Below are positions 40,718-44,269 of a stretch of 44,269 nt of DNA, piece after piece (the stretch's first letter is position 1; each line of letters starts with the position of its first letter). This DNA comes from Bacteroidales bacterium. Its GTDB lineage: Bacteria; Bacteroidota; Bacteroidia; Bacteroidales; WCHB1-69. A program made the position numbers and the translations under genes. A model generated the notes under the pieces. The model ran no database searches and was not told the origin of the DNA. It saw nothing but the letters and a program-made list of their open reading frames with translations. The stretch lies in assembly GCA_045639985.1 (NCBI GenBank), contig JAZUEE010000073.1, positions 1 to 44,269 on the forward strand, in the 5' to 3' direction.

Positions 40718-41509
40718 ATGGAAGCAAAAACATTTAAGATTGATAACTACATTAATGTTCCGGGATTTGCGGTTGTAGAACATAAATTATCCGGCAATGA
40801 GTTGTTGTGTTATTCGCTGATTTATGGGTTTACGCAAGATGAAGAAACGGAATTTCGTGGTTCATTGACATACGTTGCATCGGCATTGAATATTACAAAA
40901 CAAAATGCCAAAAAGGTTATTGACCGATTATTGGAACGTGGGTTGTTAACCAAAAAAGAAATGTATTTTTCCGGCGTGAAATTTTGCCATTATGTTGCAA
41001 ATCGCAATAGCAATGGCGTTGCTGAAATAGCAACGGGGTGTTGCCGAAACAATAACGGGGGCGTTGCTGAAATAGCAACGGGGGGTATGGCTAAAACAAT
41101 AACGAATAATACTATAAGACATAACTCTAATGATAATATAAAAGATAATATCGCCGATGGCGGTTTATTTCCAACCGCCCCTGTAACATGCGAAAGGAAA
41201 CAACCAGACACCCACGAACCAAGATGCCATTTTGCCGAAAGCAAGTTCAATGCGTTTGCCGACTTTGCCGCGCAGTTTACCGCCCCGGACTTTGCCAACG
41301 TTGACATTGAGTATTACTACAAAGCCGTGGCCGATTGGTCGGCACAGGATGATAAGAACAAGAAAAACGATTGGATTGCAACGGCACGCAACTTTATGCG
41401 CCGTGATGCGGAACAAAAGAAGCTGCACACCTTGGCACAGGTACAACAGGAAACAACAAGCCATCTGGATGATGCAGATTTGAGATACTTGCAGATGTGT
41501 AACGATTAA
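40718..41509 (+). CDS. replication initiator/organiser-like protein with N-terminal winged HTH (263 aa)
   Basis: LSGNELLCYSLIYGF...GSLTYVASALNITKQNAKKVIDRLLERGLL is typical of phage replisome-organiser N-termini. The gene contains an iteron array. Confidence 0.55.
   Translation: MEAKTFKIDNYINVPGFAVVEHKLSGNELLCYSLIYGFTQDEETEFRGSLTYVASALNITKQNAKKVIDRLLERGLLTKKEMYFSGVKFCHYVANRNSNGVAEIATGCCRNNNGGVAEIATGGMAKTITNNTIRHNSNDNIKDNIADGGLFPTAPVTCERKQPDTHEPRCHFAESKFNAFADFAAQFTAPDFANVDIEYYYKAVADWSAQDDKNKKNDWIATARNFMRRDAEQKKLHTLAQVQQETTSHLDDADLRYLQMCND
40994..41083. repeat. Putative origin iterons inside the initiator gene (four GTTGC-N5-GCAAC-type units, about 23-nt period)
   Basis: GTTGC occurs at 40994, 41018, 41040 and 41063. 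The exact 24-nt repeat GGCGTTGCTGAAATAGCAACGGGG lies at 41015-41038 and 41060-41083, each with the inverted repeat GTTGCT/AGCAAC. Confidence 0.65.
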
Positions 41510-41514
41510 GTCTT

Positions 41515-42447
41515 ATGAACGAAATTGCAACATACGAAACAATCCCGGCATCAGTAATGGTGCATACGCCCCCGAAAGGGGCAACGGCCTTGGATTTGCG
41601 CCGCGCCGTGGCAAGGGAAAAGGATTTGATACAATCGTTGCCCATGGTGGAAAGGTCGGTATTCCTTGCGGCATCTGCCAAGGTTGCACAGGAATACGAC
41701 AACGCAGAATTGTCCGCAGAGTTGGGCGAAACAATACCGAGAATCGCACGCGATGTCGGCATACGAACAACAAGCGGCAAGGATTGGGAAAACAACATGG
41801 TTCGCATCGTGCAGATCATGCGCAAGTATTACCCCATGTTCTCCGTGCGTGATGTCCAAATGGCCTTTGAATTGTCGGTTACGGGAGAGTTGAACGACTA
41901 TCTGCCAAAAGACCGATACGGCAACCCGGACAAAGAACATTACCAGATGTTCAACGCCGATTACTTTTGCAAGATAATGAACGCATATCGTGACTTTCGC
42001 AAGGGCGTGTTGAACAAGGTTGCCGACATGGTACCGGCACCCGAACAGGGAATGAGTGATGCCGACAAGTTGTATTACACGAACATCGGAAAGCGCAACA
42101 CAATCAATGCTTTCATCTTCTACAAGTACCACGGATACATGCCGAAGATTTCGCCCATCATGGAAGCCGTTATTTACGAAGAATTGGCAAAGGTGGGATT
42201 GGCAGAGCCGATTGCGGTAACGGTACAGGAACAACGATTGATATTACGCCGCACCCTGTTTGACTTGGGGCAAAGGCATCTAATTGGGGATAAGAACCGC
42301 GTGGCAGCGCAAGGCATCAACGCCCCAGAGATACAACACCCGGCGTTCATGCTGGCGCGATACCGGGCATTGAAAACGGCCTTTGCCGAAATGGTGGCCG
42401 ATGATGTGCAGATTATGGATTATATAAAATACGAAAAGCGAAAATGA
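41515..42447 (+). CDS. hypothetical protein (310 aa), replication-module position
   Basis: ATG ORF 5 nt after the initiator gene. No Walker motif seen. Confidence 0.65.
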   Translation: MNEIATYETIPASVMVHTPPKGATALDLRRAVAREKDLIQSLPMVERSVFLAASAKVAQEYDNAELSAELGETIPRIARDVGIRTTSGKDWENNMVRIVQIMRKYYPMFSVRDVQMAFELSVTGELNDYLPKDRYGNPDKEHYQMFNADYFCKIMNAYRDFRKGVLNKVADMVPAPEQGMSDADKLYYTNIGKRNTINAFIFYKYHGYMPKISPIMEAVIYEELAKVGLAEPIAVTVQEQRLILRRTLFDLGQRHLIGDKNRVAAQGINAPEIQHPAFMLARYRALKTAFAEMVADDVQIMDYIKYEKRK

Positions 42448-42650
42448 AAACAAAGCTTATAAAAGTAACGCAAACCTCTAACAAGATAATCTATATAAAC
42501 CCCTTTTGGATTGATTTTGTAGTAAGAAAAAGCGAGATAGACAAGATTGGCGTTCGTTGTGAATGGACAGAAATATATAACCGCGATGAAGAACTACCCT
42601 ACAATGTAGTAGAAACGCCGGAAGAGATTATGGCATTGCTTGCAGAATAA
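42444..42650 (+). CDS. hypothetical protein (68 aa)
   Basis: ATGA overlap upstream. Confidence 0.6.
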   Translation: MKTKLIKVTQTSNKIIYINPFWIDFVVRKSEIDKIGVRCEWTEIYNRDEELPYNVVETPEEIMALLAE

Positions 42651-42838
42651 TGGATTGGAAGAAATACCCACGTTGCCATTTCAACAAAGCCTGTGGGCGC
42701 AGAATAAAGGCCAAACGCGCATTTGAAACGGAACAACAAGCGGTTGCATACATGAACTTTCGCAATCTGCAAGCACAGGGATACAACGTATATAAATGCA
42801 GTTATTGCAATAAATGGCACATTGGCCACAAATTATAA
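42650..42838 (+). CDS. hypothetical zinc-ribbon-like protein (62 aa)
   Basis: CHFNKAC ... CSYCNKWH Cys/His pattern. TAATG overlap upstream. Confidence 0.55.
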   Translation: MDWKKYPRCHFNKACGRRIKAKRAFETEQQAVAYMNFRNLQAQGYNVYKCSYCNKWHIGHKL

Positions 42839-42843
42839 TTACA

Positions 42844-43413
42844 ATGGAAAAAACAAGTATTAAAATCAATTGCGTAATCGGGATTGACCCCGGCGCGAAC
42901 GGCGGCATTGCCGTGTATATTCCGGGCGAGAAGGTAAAAACCATGAAGATGCCCAAAGAGATTGTTGCGCTGAAAGACCTTCTTTCTTACTACAAGGACA
43001 ATTACAAGCCAATCGTGTTTCTTGAAAAGTTGTCCGTGCGCCCTGATGATGTTGCGGTTGGTACGAATGACAAGGCCAACATGGGCAAGCTTTACCGCAT
43101 CCAAAAGATGATTGCCAATTATGAGCATTTGAAAGTGCTTATTGAAACAACGGGCATCGTGTATGTAATGGTGCATCCGGCATCATGGCAAACAAAGCTC
43201 CGCTTGCGCATACAGGGGTTGAAAGAAGAAAAGGCAGACCGCAAGCGCAGATATCAAAAGTTTGCTGCCGCCCAATACCCAGATGCCAAGGTTACGTTGT
43301 GGAATGCTGATGCGTTGTTGATAATGCATTTTGGCCGTTGGGCATTGGTTAACGATACGAATTGGGTGCGCGAGAATATCCCGGCACGTGTACGCGATGG
43401 ATTGTTTGAGTAA
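42844..43413 (+). CDS. RuvC-like Holliday junction resolvase (189 aa)
   Basis: VIGIDPGANGGIAV (catalytic Asp), VFLEKL (Glu) and NADALLIMHFG (C-terminal Asp), in RuvC order. Start set at the ATG at 42844, after the upstream stop. Confidence 0.7.
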   Translation: MEKTSIKINCVIGIDPGANGGIAVYIPGEKVKTMKMPKEIVALKDLLSYYKDNYKPIVFLEKLSVRPDDVAVGTNDKANMGKLYRIQKMIANYEHLKVLIETTGIVYVMVHPASWQTKLRLRIQGLKEEKADRKRRYQKFAAAQYPDAKVTLWNADALLIMHFGRWALVNDTNWVRENIPARVRDGLFE

Positions 43414-43700
43414 TGGAAAAGGTGTTCAAGGGTTGCCGATGCCCGCAAGGCAAAGCGGATGTTGATTCGGCGCAATGCCGTTCATGCGGCCATTATGTCC
43501 GCGACCTGGGAACATTCATTGTGTGTTCGTGTCCGGCACAGGAAAAGGCCAACGAAAAGGAACAAAGTATTGCATCCGTAACTCCAAAAAAGGCCACCAA
43601 GAAACCTGCAAGCACGAAACAAAAGGCCAAAGGAAAGGCCAAGCAGACAAAGACCGCAAACAAGGCCAAAAAGCGCGGAAGGCCGCGTAAGGCAAAATAA
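43413..43700 (+). CDS. Cys-rich protein with Lys-rich tail and AT-hook (95 aa)
   Basis: N-terminal CRC...CRSC...CSC. C-terminal KKATKKPASTKQKAKGKAKQTKTANKAKKRGRPRKAK contains the RGRP AT-hook core. Confidence 0.6.
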   Translation: MEKVFKGCRCPQGKADVDSAQCRSCGHYVRDLGTFIVCSCPAQEKANEKEQSIASVTPKKATKKPASTKQKAKGKAKQTKTANKAKKRGRPRKAK

Positions 43701-43749
43701 GGCCCGTACAGGGCGTTTTGTAAGTTAAACGATAAAATATACCACCACG

Positions 43750-43962
43750 ATGGGAACATTACCTCAAATAGAAAATTCGGCACAAATAACGCCGGAAGCC
43801 TTCAAGCAATACGTGCAGTATGTCGCAGATATGAGATTGAACCAGAACCGATGGTTCAACACGCACAATTACGATGCGCTGCGCATAAGCAAGGAAATGG
43901 AAAAGAACATTGACTGCTTCAATCAGCGAATATTGGATATTAACCCCACATTGTTTGGATAA
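43750..43962 (+). CDS. hypothetical protein (70 aa)
   Basis: ATG ORF. No motif recognised. Confidence 0.6.
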   Translation: MGTLPQIENSAQITPEAFKQYVQYVADMRLNQNRWFNTHNYDALRISKEMEKNIDCFNQRILDINPTLFG

Positions 43963-43963
43963 T

Positions 43964-44257
43964 ATGCAACAATTGAAACCAATGACCGTTCCGATAATGG
44001 CCGTGCGTCATTACGGCGCGGAACACCAGAAGAAGAAAGCCATTGAAGAAATGGGCGAGTTGATAACTGCCTTGTCGCGTGAACAGGATGGCCGAGCCAC
44101 CCCGGAAGAGGTAATAACCGAGATTGCCGATGTGCAAATAATGGTGCGCCAATTGGCCTTGATCTACGGCCCGGACAAAGTGGCCAAAGAGATAGACCGA
44201 AAGGAACGCCGATTGATTCGCTGGATGGACAAGGAAAACAAACAATCAAAAGAATAG
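43964..44257 (+). CDS. MazG-like nucleotide pyrophosphohydrolase (97 aa)
   Basis: AIEEMGELITAL (ExxE) and VITEIADVQIMV (ExxD) match the all-alpha NTP-PPase metal-binding pattern. Start at the ATG at 43964, 1 nt after the upstream stop. Confidence 0.6.
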   Translation: MQQLKPMTVPIMAVRHYGAEHQKKKAIEEMGELITALSREQDGRATPEEVITEIADVQIMVRQLALIYGPDKVAKEIDRKERRLIRWMDKENKQSKE

Positions 44258-44269
44258 CGCAGTATGGTA
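44129..44269. repeat. Terminal direct repeat, exact copy of 1..141
   Basis: Direct comparison of both ends. Confidence 0.95.

Noticed and set aside
43727-43742. GATAAAATATACCACC upstream of 43750 as a sixth palindromic-box copy
   Set aside because: It matches the copy D box region (GGTAAATTGTACCACC) at only about 13 of 16 positions, it has lost the palindrome, and it lacks the downstream spacer and AAAATAAC block.
1-44269. CRISPR array, diversity-generating retroelement, integrase/att sites or a lysogeny module
   Set aside because: No regularly spaced repeat-spacer array is present; the repeats found are promoters and iterons with conserved flanks. No ORF shows reverse-transcriptase (YxDD) or tyrosine/serine recombinase motifs by eye. 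All genes are co-oriented.

Overview
The window is a complete tailed dsDNA phage genome. Bases 1-141 are identical to 44129-44269, so the contig closes on itself and the unique length is 44128 bp. All credible genes lie on the + strand and are tightly packed, often with ATGA or TAATG start/stop overlaps. No Shine-Dalgarno sequences are visible. Intergenic promoters fit the Bacteroidota TTTG-N19-TAnnTTTG pattern, which suggests a Bacteroidota host.

Modules in order:
- 136-11821: early and DNA-metabolism block. It holds two tRNAs flanking an HNH endonuclease, an SMC/SbcC-like ATPase, a DnaQ-like exonuclease, SSB, an ASCH-like protein and a ParB-domain DNA methyltransferase.
- 11916-13933: terminase small and large subunits.
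- 14114-21024: head genes (portal, scaffold-like protein, major capsid).
- 21138-32412: tail genes (1209-aa tape measure, three large distal tail proteins, the last a mosaic receptor-binding protein).
- 32451-34368: lysis genes (holin, M15 endolysin, membrane-anchored coiled-coil protein).
- 34753-37377: cassette of ten tiny early genes.
- 37819-44257: regulation, recombination and replication genes (XRE HTH, PD-(D/E)xK exonuclease, wHTH initiator, RuvC-like resolvase, AT-hook protein, MazG-like protein).

I recognised no integrase, reverse transcriptase, CRISPR array, DNA polymerase, helicase or primase.

The most unusual content is non-coding:
- A 60-nt module headed by a 13-bp palindromic box, present five times.
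- A four-copy early promoter cassette.
- A CCGGG-N6-CCCGG hairpin placed 14-21 nt before eight start codons.
- Two separate iteron arrays, one of them inside the initiator gene.
- An intrinsic terminator in the initiator leader.
- Homopolymer tracts (G9 and A10) at functionally telling positions in the methyltransferase gene and in the gene at the tail-chaperone position.

Most proteins have no function I can assign from sequence alone.
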